DNA of 64,000 nucleotides, from positions 205,290-269,289 of the forward strand of contig CAZRMV010000001.1 in assembly GCA_964601275.1 (NCBI GenBank), written 5' to 3'. This stretch comes from an uncultured bacterium. Lineage in GTDB: Bacteria; Krumholzibacteriota; Krumholzibacteriia; JAJRXK01. The notes below the pieces were generated by a model. It saw nothing but the letters and a program-made list of their open reading frames with translations, was not told the DNA's origin and made no database searches. Both the position numbers and the translations under genes were made by a program. Numbering within the stretch: the first letter of the stretch is position 1; every line of letters begins with the position of its first letter. This document shows positions 50,166-60,500 of the stretch, one piece after another.

Positions 50166-50573
50166 ATGGACACCATCCAGATTGCAGGTACGCAGTACGA
50201 ATACGCTACGCGTTGGCAGCGATGGCTGGGTCAGTTCCTCGACAGCCTGATCTACGGGGTCATCGCGATCATTCCTATGATGATCCTCGACATCATCCTG
50301 CCCGAAGAGTACGCGGTGGTCCTGGGCATCCTTCCCGCCCTCTGGTATCTCCTGTTCCAGGACGGCATGCCCGAGGGCCAGAGCCTGGGCAAGAAGGGGG
50401 TCGATACCAGGGTTCTCGACGCCAAGACGGGCCGGCCGTGCACCTACGGGCAGTCGTTCATCCGCAACATCTCCCTCATCGTGCTGAACTGGATCGACTG
50501 GATCTTCATCTTCGGAGAGAAGCACCAGCGCCTCGGGGACAAGTTGGCAGGCACCGTGGTGGTCAAGCTCTGA
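50166..50573 (+). CDS. RDD-family membrane protein
   Basis: GGAGG SD. WQRWLGQFLDSLIYGVIAI ... KHQRLGDKLAGTVVVK is typical RDD topology. Confidence 0.7.
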   Translation: MDTIQIAGTQYEYATRWQRWLGQFLDSLIYGVIAIIPMMILDIILPEEYAVVLGILPALWYLLFQDGMPEGQSLGKKGVDTRVLDAKTGRPCTYGQSFIRNISLIVLNWIDWIFIFGEKHQRLGDKLAGTVVVKL

Positions 50574-50694
50574 ATCCTCTTTGGTCGGTGGCCGGTGGGA
50601 GTCTCGGACGCTGTGGGCCGCTTCGGGGTGAGTTCCTCGATCCGGCGGGTCGGCGTGCGTCCAACCCGATCCGAGCCTTGCGAAGGTGGCTTTC

Positions 50695-51741
50695 ATGAAC
50701 CGAACCACTCGAGCCATCCGCATCGAGAAACTGGGACCTCCCGAGGTCCTGGTCGAACGCGAGGTCCCCTTGCCCGATCCCGGGCCGGGCCAGTTGCACC
50801 TGCGGGTCGAAGCGGCCGGGGTGAACTTCGCCGACCTGATCATGCGCCTGGGCATGTACCGTACGGTTCCTCCCCGGCCCTTCGCCCCGGGCTTCGAGGT
50901 GGCCGGCATCGTCGAGCGCTGCGGACCGGGCACCGAGGAGCGATGGAAGCCGGGGACGAAGGTGGTGGCCCTCATGCGCTACGGCGGCTATTCGCGCGAT
51001 GTGATCGTCGAGGCCGCCAACACCTTCGCCCGGCCTTCCGGGTGGGATGCGACCACCGCCGCAGCGGTTCCCGTGGTGTTCCTCACCGCCTGGGCCGCGC
51101 TCTTCGAGGGCGCCAACGCCCGGAAGGGCCAGACCGCGCTGGTGACCAACGCGGGCGGAGGTGTCGGCACCGCTGCGGTGCAACTGGCGGTGGGTGAGGG
51201 GCTGCGCGTGTACGGAACGGCCGGTACCGAGGTCAAGCGTGCGTTCGTGGTGAAGGAGCTGGGGGCGGCGGACTGTTTCGATTCGCGAGGGGACTGGTAC
51301 ACCCCGTTGAAGAAGACCGTCGGCGAACGCGGACTGGACATCGCGCTCGACTCGATGGGGGGACCGGACACCCGCAAGTGCGTCTCCCTGCTGGCTCCTC
51401 TGGGGCACTTGTCCTTCTACGGCATGAGCAACGCGATCACCCGGCGCTGGTGGCACTGGCCCAAGGCGGCCTGGACCTGGCTGCGGATGCCGCGCTTCCA
51501 TCCCATGTCGCTCATGGAACCGTGCATCGGGATCTCCGGGGTGCATCTGTTGCACCTGGCCTCCCGGGAGGACCGTCTGCGGGAGGCCTTCCGCCAGATC
51601 CTCGCGCGCTTCGCCAAGGGAACGCTGCGCGCGGTCGTCGATTCCACCTATCCCTTGACCGCGGCCGGGGCGGCGGCGGCCCACCGTCGCCTGCACAACC
51701 GGGAGAACCTGGGCAAGGTGGTCCTGGTCCGGGAAGACTGA
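50695..51741 (+). CDS. Zinc-type/MDR-superfamily NADPH:quinone oxidoreductase
   Basis: AAGVNFADL, PGFEVAGIV, VTNAGGGVGTAAVQLA Rossmann motif. Confidence 0.85.
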   Translation: MNRTTRAIRIEKLGPPEVLVEREVPLPDPGPGQLHLRVEAAGVNFADLIMRLGMYRTVPPRPFAPGFEVAGIVERCGPGTEERWKPGTKVVALMRYGGYSRDVIVEAANTFARPSGWDATTAAAVPVVFLTAWAALFEGANARKGQTALVTNAGGGVGTAAVQLAVGEGLRVYGTAGTEVKRAFVVKELGAADCFDSRGDWYTPLKKTVGERGLDIALDSMGGPDTRKCVSLLAPLGHLSFYGMSNAITRRWWHWPKAAWTWLRMPRFHPMSLMEPCIGISGVHLLHLASREDRLREAFRQILARFAKGTLRAVVDSTYPLTAAGAAAAHRRLHNRENLGKVVLVRED

Positions 51742-51788
51742 TTCCAGCCCGGATTGACAGGGCACTCCGGCTCGCCGATGATGAAGCC

Positions 51789-53930
51789 ATGAACCGTGTC
51801 CTGCATCGCCGCCGGGCGGAGATCCTCCTCTTCTTCGCGTTCCTGGGGGGGATTCTCCTTCTTGCCACCGGATCCCGTGCCCGGCTCGACACCCCGCACT
51901 CCCCGGTTCCCCGGTCACCTTCGTCGGACGGATCCGCGGCCCCAGGACACACGAGGGGAAATCCCCCCCCACAAGACCCCTGGGAGATCGACATCACCCC
52001 CGGTCTCTCGCGCGAGGTCATCTTCACCAACAAGAAGGCCACCCACTACGCCTGCGACACCTCCGCCCGGGAGATGCGCGCCTACGCCGGCCTGTACACC
52101 AGCATGCACGAGAGCCTGGATGATTTCGTGTGGGCGATCGACGGCCGGGTCCTGGAGCCGGCCGAAGCACTGCGGGTTCGGGTGTGGCCCTGGCTCCTGC
52201 GGCGGGAATACGAGGGGGAATGGGCCGAGGAGGTCTTCCTGCCCCTGGACGAGCCGGTGCTGTTGGTGCGGCTGGAAGGTCCCGGCGGCAAGCGGTGGAT
52301 GTTCACCCCGCGGGTCGATCTGCGCTTCATCTGGGAGACGCCGACTCCCGCCTACGAGACTCGGGAGCTCGACGGTGTACTGTGTATCCGGAGGAAGGGA
52401 TGGCAACCGGGCGCCGGCGCCTACGCCTGGCTCGCGGTCGCGACGAATCCTCCCGGCAGTTTCTTCGGGAACCCGAAGCAGTGGACCTTCACCCACCCCC
52501 GGGATGCCGCGCGCCGCGCAATGGGGCGGACCCACCCCTTCGACCCGGGGGAGATCGCGGGAAAGTGGCCCAAGGACCGAAACGCGGTCGACGTGGCGGT
52601 CGCCCAGGGGGCCTCGGCCGAGGACGCGGCGGAGCTGGCCCGTCGAGCGCTCCAGGAACGAAGAGCCTGGCTGAAGCAGCGGCGCGCCCACGTGGAAGGG
52701 CTTCTGCGGGCCGCCTCGGTGGACCTGGGACGGGAGGAGTGGAACCGCGCCTATCGCTGGGCCCGCGCGAGCATGGACGAGCTGATCATGGACGCGCGGG
52801 GCGAGGGCATCTACGCCGGCTTCCACTGGTTTCCCAACTACTGGGGACGTGACACCTTCATCTGCCTGCCCGGCGCGGCGCTCGACCTCGGCCGGCTCGA
52901 CGCCGCGCGGAGCATCCTGCGCTCCTTCCTGCGCTTCCAACGCACCGACCGCAACGATCCCTTCCTGGGCCGTCTTCCGAACATCGTCAACCCCGGTGCG
53001 TTGCAGTACCAGGGGGTGGACGGCACCTGGTGGCAGGTGCGCGCCAGCTACCGCTACATCCGGGCTCGGCGGGCCCGGGGCGACGCCGATGAAGAGTACG
53101 AACGCGAGTTCGCCGCCGCGCTCTCCTTGATGATCGACGGAGCCGAGCGCAAGGCGGTCGACGAGTACGGCCTGCTGTGCCACGGGGATGGGGAGACCTG
53201 GATGGACGCGGGAGGCTCGGCGCATCCTTTTTCCCCCCGGGGAAACCGGGCGGTGGAAGTCCAGGCGCTTTACTACAACGCCCTGCGGGTGGCCCAGTGG
53301 CTGGCCGGCGAGCAGGGCCGCAGCGAGGAGGCCACCGGGTACGCGACCCTGGCCAGCCGCACCGCCGGCAACTTCCGTGCCCTGTTCTGGAGTTCCCGAC
53401 GGCAGCAGCTCGCCGACCATCTCAACCCCGATGGCAGCGGCGATTTCCAGATCCGCCCCAACACCATCCTGGCGGTCTTCGCCGTGGAGGACGAATGGCC
53501 TCCGCTGCTCACCCGCGGTCAGCTGGAAAGCGTGGTGAACCGCGCCTGGGAGAGGCTGGTGTTGCCCTACGGGGTGACCAGTCTCGACCCCCACGACCCG
53601 CAGTTCAAACCGCGGCACCTCGATCTCGACCACTACCCCTTCGACGCCGCCTACCACAACGGGGACGTGTGGTACTGGCTGAGCGGACCGATGATCCACG
53701 CCCTGTGCAAGGTCGGGCGGGTCGATGATGCCTTGACCCTCGTGCAGCCCCTGGTGGACGAGATGCTCTACCACGGGGCGGTCGGCGCGATCCGGGAGAT
53801 CCGCGACGGCGGGGACACCGGCACGACCGAGGAGTTCGGGGGTGCGACCTTCCAGGCGTGGTCGATGGCCGAGTTCCTCCGGGCCGTCCACGAGGATCTC
53901 GCCCCGGCCCTGGGCTGGCCGGTGCGCTGA
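51789..53930 (+). CDS. Amylo-alpha-1,6-glucosidase (glycogen-debranching-enzyme C-terminal-domain family) with an N-terminal TM anchor
   Basis: First in-frame ATG after the previous gene's stop. N-terminal hydrophobic AEILLFFAFLGGILLLA. (alpha/alpha)6-barrel GDE-type motifs (GFHWFPNYWGRDTFI, WMDAGG, NGDVWYW). Confidence 0.8.
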   Translation: MNRVLHRRRAEILLFFAFLGGILLLATGSRARLDTPHSPVPRSPSSDGSAAPGHTRGNPPPQDPWEIDITPGLSREVIFTNKKATHYACDTSAREMRAYAGLYTSMHESLDDFVWAIDGRVLEPAEALRVRVWPWLLRREYEGEWAEEVFLPLDEPVLLVRLEGPGGKRWMFTPRVDLRFIWETPTPAYETRELDGVLCIRRKGWQPGAGAYAWLAVATNPPGSFFGNPKQWTFTHPRDAARRAMGRTHPFDPGEIAGKWPKDRNAVDVAVAQGASAEDAAELARRALQERRAWLKQRRAHVEGLLRAASVDLGREEWNRAYRWARASMDELIMDARGEGIYAGFHWFPNYWGRDTFICLPGAALDLGRLDAARSILRSFLRFQRTDRNDPFLGRLPNIVNPGALQYQGVDGTWWQVRASYRYIRARRARGDADEEYEREFAAALSLMIDGAERKAVDEYGLLCHGDGETWMDAGGSAHPFSPRGNRAVEVQALYYNALRVAQWLAGEQGRSEEATGYATLASRTAGNFRALFWSSRRQQLADHLNPDGSGDFQIRPNTILAVFAVEDEWPPLLTRGQLESVVNRAWERLVLPYGVTSLDPHDPQFKPRHLDLDHYPFDAAYHNGDVWYWLSGPMIHALCKVGRVDDALTLVQPLVDEMLYHGAVGAIREIRDGGDTGTTEEFGGATFQAWSMAEFLRAVHEDLAPALGWPVR

Positions 53931-54168
53931 CCATTGCCCCGCCCGTACGCGGGCATCACGCCGACGCGCAGCTTGGTCGCCACGCCGGGAACTGCCGGGC
54001 CCATCTCGCCGGCGGAGGCCCCGCGGTCGCGAGGGGCTTCCCGTACGGCCTCCGCTTTCCCCCGGGCGGAGTCGATGGTAGGCTGTTCCCACTTCCCGAA
54101 GAGTCCGGCTGCGGCTTTCCTTCCCCAGGAGCCCTGCCGGGACGACCTTTCCAACCAGGAGATCATCC

Positions 54169-57100
54169 ATGATGCCCCCCCGTATGAATCGACCGGCCCT
54201 GGCCGCCATCCTCCTGCTGGGCCTCGCACTGCTCTGCGCGTCGACCTGCTGGGCTACTCCGGTGACCTTCCGTTTCGAGAGTTCCGCCCAGCGGGTGTTC
54301 CTGGCGGGTGAGTTCAACAACTGGTCGGACAGTGCACAACCGATGACCCAGGGAGAGGACGGCATCTGGAGTGTCACCCTCGACCTCGCGCCGGGAGACT
54401 ACCAGTACAAGTACGTGGCCGACGGTACCTGGATCACCGACCCCCACAGCGTCGACACCACCGACGACGGGTTCGGCGGGAAGAACAGCATCGTCCACGT
54501 GGGCAAGGACGCCATGACCGTCGGGGTGGGCGCTGCGGCGGGAACGGCCGGCGCGAAAGCCGCCGCCGAGGGGGCGGAAGCCGTGGGTGGCGGAAAGAAT
54601 GCCCAGGGGAACGCCGGGGTCCAGGCCAAGGCCGGCCAGCGCCTGGTGCATTTTGGGATCTCCGCCCCCGGTGCAGGCAGCGTCTACCTGGCCGGTGAAT
54701 TCAACGGCTGGAACGCCAGCGGCGAGAAAATGGAGGACCCCGACGGGGACGGGGTGTTCGAAGTGACCCTTCCGTTGAAGCCGGGGCGCTACCAGTACAA
54801 GTACGTGATCGACGGCACCTGGAAGGAGGATCCGGCCAGCGCCGAGTACGCCGATGACGGTTTCGGAGGCAAGAACAGCGTGGTCGCCGTCGTGGCGGGC
54901 GACGGCGTGCAGGAGGCCGCCGCCGGTAGCGGCGGGGCGGGGCCTGGGGGCGGAGCACAGGGAGCGGCCGGCACCGAGGGGGCGTCTGGAGCTTCGGGAA
55001 CCACTGGAGGGGAGGCGGTGCACGGCACCTTCAGTGTCACCTTCAGCTACCAGCCGGTGATCTCCGGGGTGGGCTCGGTGATGCTCGCGGGGACCTTCAA
55101 CGACTGGAACGTGGGCGCCACTCCCATGACCGACCCCGATGGGGATGGGACCTACACCGCCACCCTGCTGTTGCCGGCGGGCGAATACCAGTACAAGTTC
55201 GTGGTCGACGGCAACTGGATCACCGACGAGAAGGCCACCGCCTTCGCCGATGATGGCTTCGGGGGCAAGAACAGTGTCATCACCGTCGATGCCAGCTACG
55301 AGAAGATGGACCTGGAGGTCGGCGACGGCAGAATCTACCTGAAGGGACTGGAGGTCGTTCTCGACTATCCCACCGTCAACGCGGTCGACGAAGGGCAGCT
55401 CCTGCTACGGGCGAAGGCCTACCGCGACGATATCCAGGAACTGCGGCTGCACTACCGGGTGGGCGATGGAGAGCCCCAGACGGTGCCGATGCTGGCGGCG
55501 GAGAAGGATCCGGTCTTCGTGACCTACCGCCGGCCGCTCGAGTTCACCGGCGACGGTGATCTGCGCTTCACCTTCGAGTACCGCGACGCAAACACGCATC
55601 GCTTTGCCACCGCGTCGGGAGACTTCACGGAGACCCTTCCTCCGACCGACCAGTGGGTCCTCTACAACGAGAAGATCCTTCCTCCGTTCCGCATTCCGAT
55701 GTGGGCCCAGCAGGGCATCTACTACCAGATCTTCCCCGATCGTTTCCTCAACGGTGACCAGAGCAACGACCAGGACTTCCAGGAGCCCTACTACCAGGGC
55801 CGCAACGAACTGCCCGCGTCGGGCAAGACCAATGGCGAGTATTTCCATTTTGTCGAGGACTGGGACGATGTTTCCGGTCTGGTGAAGAGCCCCTATCGCA
55901 CCGACGGCAAGCCCGACTACTTCAGTTTCTACGGTGGGGATATCGAGGGCGTGCGCCAGAAGATCCCCTACCTGAGGGATCTGGGGATCACCATCATCTA
56001 CTTCAACCCGGTCACCGATGCTCGAAGCAACCATCGCTACGACCCCTGTGACTATCTCAAGCTCGACCCGCACCTGGGCACCGAGGACCAGTTCAAGGCC
56101 TTCACCGAAGAGTGCGCGGAGAACGGCATCCGGGTGATCATCGATATGGCCTTCAACCATACCGGCGACTGTCATTTCGCGTTCCAGGACGCGCTGAAGA
56201 AGTGGAAGGAGAGCAAGTACTTCAACTGGTACGAGTGGAAGAAGCGTCCACCCAGCTATCCCCTGCCGCCGGGCGAGAAAGCCATCGACTACTACGACTG
56301 CTGGTGGGGCTTCGGGTTGCACCCGAATCTCAACTACGACCTCAGCCGGCCCAATGCCCAGGAGAACGGGATCAAGGACACCAAGGATGCCGATCCGAAC
56401 TGGGACGTGGTCAACTACGTCCTGAAGGTTCCGGCGTACTGGATGGGAGAGTTGGGGGTTTCCGGTTTCCGCCTGGATGTTCCCAATGAAGTGCCGTTCT
56501 GGTTCTGGAGACTCTTCCGGGAGAAATGCCGCGAGGTGAAGCCCGACCACGTGCTCATCGGCGAGATCTGGGGCGATGCCCGCCAGTGGATCGGACCGGA
56601 GGTCTTCGATGCGGTGATGAACTACCGTTATTTCAAGGATCCGGTGGTGAAGTGGATCGGTCAGAAGAAGGGCAACAGCGCCACCTTCGACCAGGAACTC
56701 GCCGGAGGACGCACCCGGTACCCCCTGCAGGCAGTGCGGGCCCAGATGAATCTCATCGACAGCCACGACACCCGCCGCTTCTTGAGGGTCGCCGGGGAAG
56801 ACGCCCGCCGGCTGCGGCTGGCCGCGACCTTTGCCATGACCTACGTGGGAGCCCCCCATATCTACTACGGCGATGAACTGGCCCTGACCGGAGGCAAGGA
56901 CCCGGATTGCCGCCGAACGATGCCCTGGTCGACGATGGACGCGCCGGCCCGCCAGGAGACCTTGCGGCATTACCAGGAGTTGACCCGCCTGCGCCGCGAG
57001 CACGACGCGCTCAGCCTGGGTGATTTCATTCCCGTGCTCACCCAGGGGCAGGTGTACGCCTATCTGCGGGTCGAGGGCGATGACAAGGTGCTGGTGGTGT

Positions 57101-57273
57101 TGAACAACGGGGAGGCTCCGGCCTCGGTGGTGGTTCCGGTGGGCAACGCCCGGATTCCCGACGGAACCTCGATCGAATTCCTCCTTGGAGAGGGCGAGGC
57201 GACCACGGTGACCCGAGGGGCGGTGAAGCTGCAGGTGCCCGGGGTGGACGCGGTGATCGTCGCCTTGCGGTGA
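54169..57273 (+). CDS. Secreted GH13 alpha-glucanase (neopullulanase/cyclomaltodextrinase-like catalytic domain) preceded by three tandem CBM48/AMPK-beta-type glycogen-binding modules
   Basis: AGGAG SD. Signal peptide MMPPRMNRPALAAILLLGLALLCASTCWA. Three repeats of F...AGEFN.W.....PMT...DG.....L.L.PG.YQYKYV.DG.W..DP......DDGFGGKNS. GH13 motifs IDMAFNHTGD, GFRLDVPNEV, GEIWGD, IDSHDTRR. Confidence 0.9.
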   Translation: MMPPRMNRPALAAILLLGLALLCASTCWATPVTFRFESSAQRVFLAGEFNNWSDSAQPMTQGEDGIWSVTLDLAPGDYQYKYVADGTWITDPHSVDTTDDGFGGKNSIVHVGKDAMTVGVGAAAGTAGAKAAAEGAEAVGGGKNAQGNAGVQAKAGQRLVHFGISAPGAGSVYLAGEFNGWNASGEKMEDPDGDGVFEVTLPLKPGRYQYKYVIDGTWKEDPASAEYADDGFGGKNSVVAVVAGDGVQEAAAGSGGAGPGGGAQGAAGTEGASGASGTTGGEAVHGTFSVTFSYQPVISGVGSVMLAGTFNDWNVGATPMTDPDGDGTYTATLLLPAGEYQYKFVVDGNWITDEKATAFADDGFGGKNSVITVDASYEKMDLEVGDGRIYLKGLEVVLDYPTVNAVDEGQLLLRAKAYRDDIQELRLHYRVGDGEPQTVPMLAAEKDPVFVTYRRPLEFTGDGDLRFTFEYRDANTHRFATASGDFTETLPPTDQWVLYNEKILPPFRIPMWAQQGIYYQIFPDRFLNGDQSNDQDFQEPYYQGRNELPASGKTNGEYFHFVEDWDDVSGLVKSPYRTDGKPDYFSFYGGDIEGVRQKIPYLRDLGITIIYFNPVTDARSNHRYDPCDYLKLDPHLGTEDQFKAFTEECAENGIRVIIDMAFNHTGDCHFAFQDALKKWKESKYFNWYEWKKRPPSYPLPPGEKAIDYYDCWWGFGLHPNLNYDLSRPNAQENGIKDTKDADPNWDVVNYVLKVPAYWMGELGVSGFRLDVPNEVPFWFWRLFREKCREVKPDHVLIGEIWGDARQWIGPEVFDAVMNYRYFKDPVVKWIGQKKGNSATFDQELAGGRTRYPLQAVRAQMNLIDSHDTRRFLRVAGEDARRLRLAATFAMTYVGAPHIYYGDELALTGGKDPDCRRTMPWSTMDAPARQETLRHYQELTRLRREHDALSLGDFIPVLTQGQVYAYLRVEGDDKVLVVLNNGEAPASVVVPVGNARIPDGTSIEFLLGEGEATTVTRGAVKLQVPGVDAVIVALR
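54259..55287 (+). repeat. Three tandem ~85-aa CBM48-like domain repeats (nt 54259-54498, 54637-54891, 55027-55287) separated by Gly/Ala-rich linkers
   Basis: Protein-level repeat with conserved LAGEFN.W / PG.YQYK(Y/F)V.DG.W / DDGFGGKNS blocks, seen directly in the translation. Confidence 0.7.
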
Positions 57274-57522
57274 TTGTCGCCTTGCGGTGATCGTCACCTT
57301 GCGGTGACCGTCCTCCACGATCCCGGGCCCGGAATCCCCGGGAGACTTGACCCTTGCCCGGCATCTCCCGTAGGGTAGTGGCCGCCCGCTGGGGATGGCG
57401 GGCGGCCCAGCTCAGCATTCATCTTCCGGCGCGTGTTCTCTTCCCCCGCGCGTTCCGGCCACCAGGGCTCCCCCGGGAGCGTGCCCGGCCGCGACCGAAG
57501 CGCGGCTGTCGAAGGGGCTCCG

Positions 57523-60500
57523 ATGCGCGTCGTTCCCTCCCGTCGCACCCTGGACGTGCTTCTTTCTCCACCGCCTCCCTCCGGCGCGCTACGTATCGCT
57601 CTCGTTGGCACCCTGGGGTGGCTTCTCGCCCTGGGCATGGCTCCCACTCCGGCCGCCATGGCCACCACCTGGAACACGCCCATCGTCGATGGCCCCATCC
57701 ACGACCTCCCCGATTCCAATGACTGGCAGCCGGACGAGCTCTTCTTCGAGGACCCGGCGGGAGACAGCAACTGGGGACCCTTCAACGACTTGCAGGGACT
57801 GTGGGTCACCTGGGACGAGAACGGTCTGTATGTCGGGGTGAGCGGGCAGCTCTGGGACACCGCCGGTCCGGGCACCGGGGGCAACTCGGTCAACGTCTAC
57901 CTCGATGTCGATTTCGGGCGGGGCACCGGGATCTCCAACATGGACGCGATCGACCCGAACGCCTTGGGCGCGGTCACCCGCAATCTCTGGAGGCCGCTCC
58001 AGGTCGGCGGCGGCTTCGGCGCCGATTTCGGGTTCACCTCGTGGGCGGGCACCTACGATCGGGGGATCCTCGATCTCTTCGATCCGCTTCTGCCGGTGAA
58101 TCTCATCACCGACGAGAGCCGGCAGGTCGGGGTGAATCAGCCCTGTCTCGACCCGACCGGCCCCTGCCAGGGTTTCGACAAGCAGGGAAACTTCTCCTTT
58201 GAATTCTTCATCCCCTGGCACGATCTCTACGCCCGGCTCTATCCGAACCTGACCACGACCGTCCCTCCCGGGGCGGCGATCGCCCTGGTGGTGAACATCG
58301 TCGGCGGCGGTGATTCGATGTCGGAGGAGTCGATTCCCTCGCAATCGACCTTCCGGGTGATCGACCGGCCGGTCACCCTGGTGGTCGACGCCGATGCCGA
58401 CGGGGTGCCCGACCGGGACTGGCCTCCCTCGGGCAGTATCTCGGGAACCGTGAACTTGAGCGATCCGGCGGACACCACCACCGTGGTCGACGTAGTGGCC
58501 TGGCTGCCCGACGGAACCGAAGCCGCGCGCGACCAGACGCCCCCGGGAGGGGGCGCCTACCAGCTGACCCGCCTGGGCGCCGGGGATTATACCGTCGGTA
58601 TCGAGAGCATCTTCTACGTGGCCAATCCGCAGACCGTGCAAGTGGGAGAGAACCAGGATGTCACCGGAATCGACTTCGACGCCTTGCGGGTGCGCAGCGG
58701 GATCGATCTGCGGCTGCGCTACCTGGACGGTCCGGAGAGCAGCTCACGCAGCCTCGATCTGGCGTTCCGGCTGAGCGGGCGCACCGATCTGGGATCGGAT
58801 TTCTCGGTCGATTTCATCATTGGACCGCAGGATTCCCTGGTGGTGGGTCTGCGCCCGGTCCCCGCCGGCGACTATCACCTGAGCGTGGTGCCCCAGTGGC
58901 CCACGTCGCAACCGGTACCCGATCCGCAACGCTCCGGATATACCCGCATCGAACGGGATCTGCGGGTCCCCGACAACGATGGCATCGTCGATCTGGGCAC
59001 CTTGGACCTGAAGGTGGTGCGGCCCACCCAGGTGGCGTTCTTCGCTCCCGACGAGACGGGCGACGGAGAGCGGATCACCGCGGATTTCACTACGGTGAGT
59101 CTCCCCTCGGAGAACTTCTACGCCTACCTGGTGGTGGAGGCCGGGTTCGTCGACGACGAGGGAAACGAAGCGATCTACGGCCTGCCGGGGCTGCAGATCA
59201 CCACCACCACCATGGATCCGGCGTTTGCGACCCAGGGAGTGGTCGAACTGTGGTCGGCGGCGGACACCACCCGCAGCGCCCAGCCGCTGGCCGATCCCTC
59301 GGTGTGGCTACCCCCTTCGGGCGAGCCACCGGTGGGGAGGGCCCGTTTCCTGTTGACCGACGACGCCCAGGAGGTCGTTCGTCTCTTCGCCGCGGGCAGC
59401 GGGATGGACGGCGTCCTCGAGGTGGGGGTCCAGCCCATCGAGCCGGCCGAGATCGCCCTGTCCGCCCAGGGCGATGCGATGGTGGCCGGGGCACAGATCC
59501 CGCTGCAGGGGCGGCTGCTGGACGTGGCCGGCAACCCGGTGTTCCTCAACGAGTTCCTGGTCTTCTTCGATATCACCCCGAATGTTCCGGGGGTGGGTCC
59601 CAGTCTCGCCGTCACCGCGAGCGACGGTTCGTTCGGCACCGATGGCGACGTGGCCTTCACCACCACGGTGAGCGGCGACTACACCGTGCAAGCCAAAGGC
59701 ACCACCGACTCGGGGAAGGATATCGTCTCGCCCCAGCTCGCCTTCCATGTGGCCCCGGATCTCCCCTACCAGCTGGAACTGGTCGCCGAGTTGAAGAAGG
59801 TGGACGGCAGCCCGGTGGGGCTGAGCTATCGCGTCCGGCAGACCGACCGGTTCGAGAATTCCTCGCCGGCCACCGGGGTCACGGTGCAGATCCAGGCCGG
59901 TCCGCCGGAGATCGTGGCCTCGGCTCCGGCCAGCGTCGTCCTGGACGACGCGGACGCGACCGGGACCTTCGATGTGCAACTCGTTCCGGGAAGAACCGGG
60001 GTGGTCGAGTGCACCGTGACCGTGCCGGGTCTCGCCCGGCAAAGCACCACCCTGCGCACCCCGGTGCTTTTCGGCCTGGTGGCCACCGACGAGGTGGCGC
60101 CCGAGAGCGACACGAACCACAACGCGAATCCGGACATCGATCTGACCGCGTTGTACGCGTTCAGCCAGAACGACACCCTCGTGGTGAAGCTTCCATTTCG
60201 CAGCAACTTCAACGGCGCCCACATGGCGCTCCTGTTGGAATCGACGGGAACCCCCGAGGGAGCGGTCGGCGACTATTTCGGCTTTCCCATCTTCTACCTG
60301 CACGACCTGTTGCCCGATTTCGTCTTCACCTACAAGTACGCCGCCGACGATTACGCCGACCTGCGGCGGCCGCCTCCGGGGGGCGATCCCAGCCAATGGC
60401 AGTGGTACGATATGCAGGCTGCCGCCTGGGTCAGCGAATTCAATGACAATGTGAACGCCAAGGCGCAGGGTTGGGTGTCCAAGGACGAGAGCGCGGTCAC

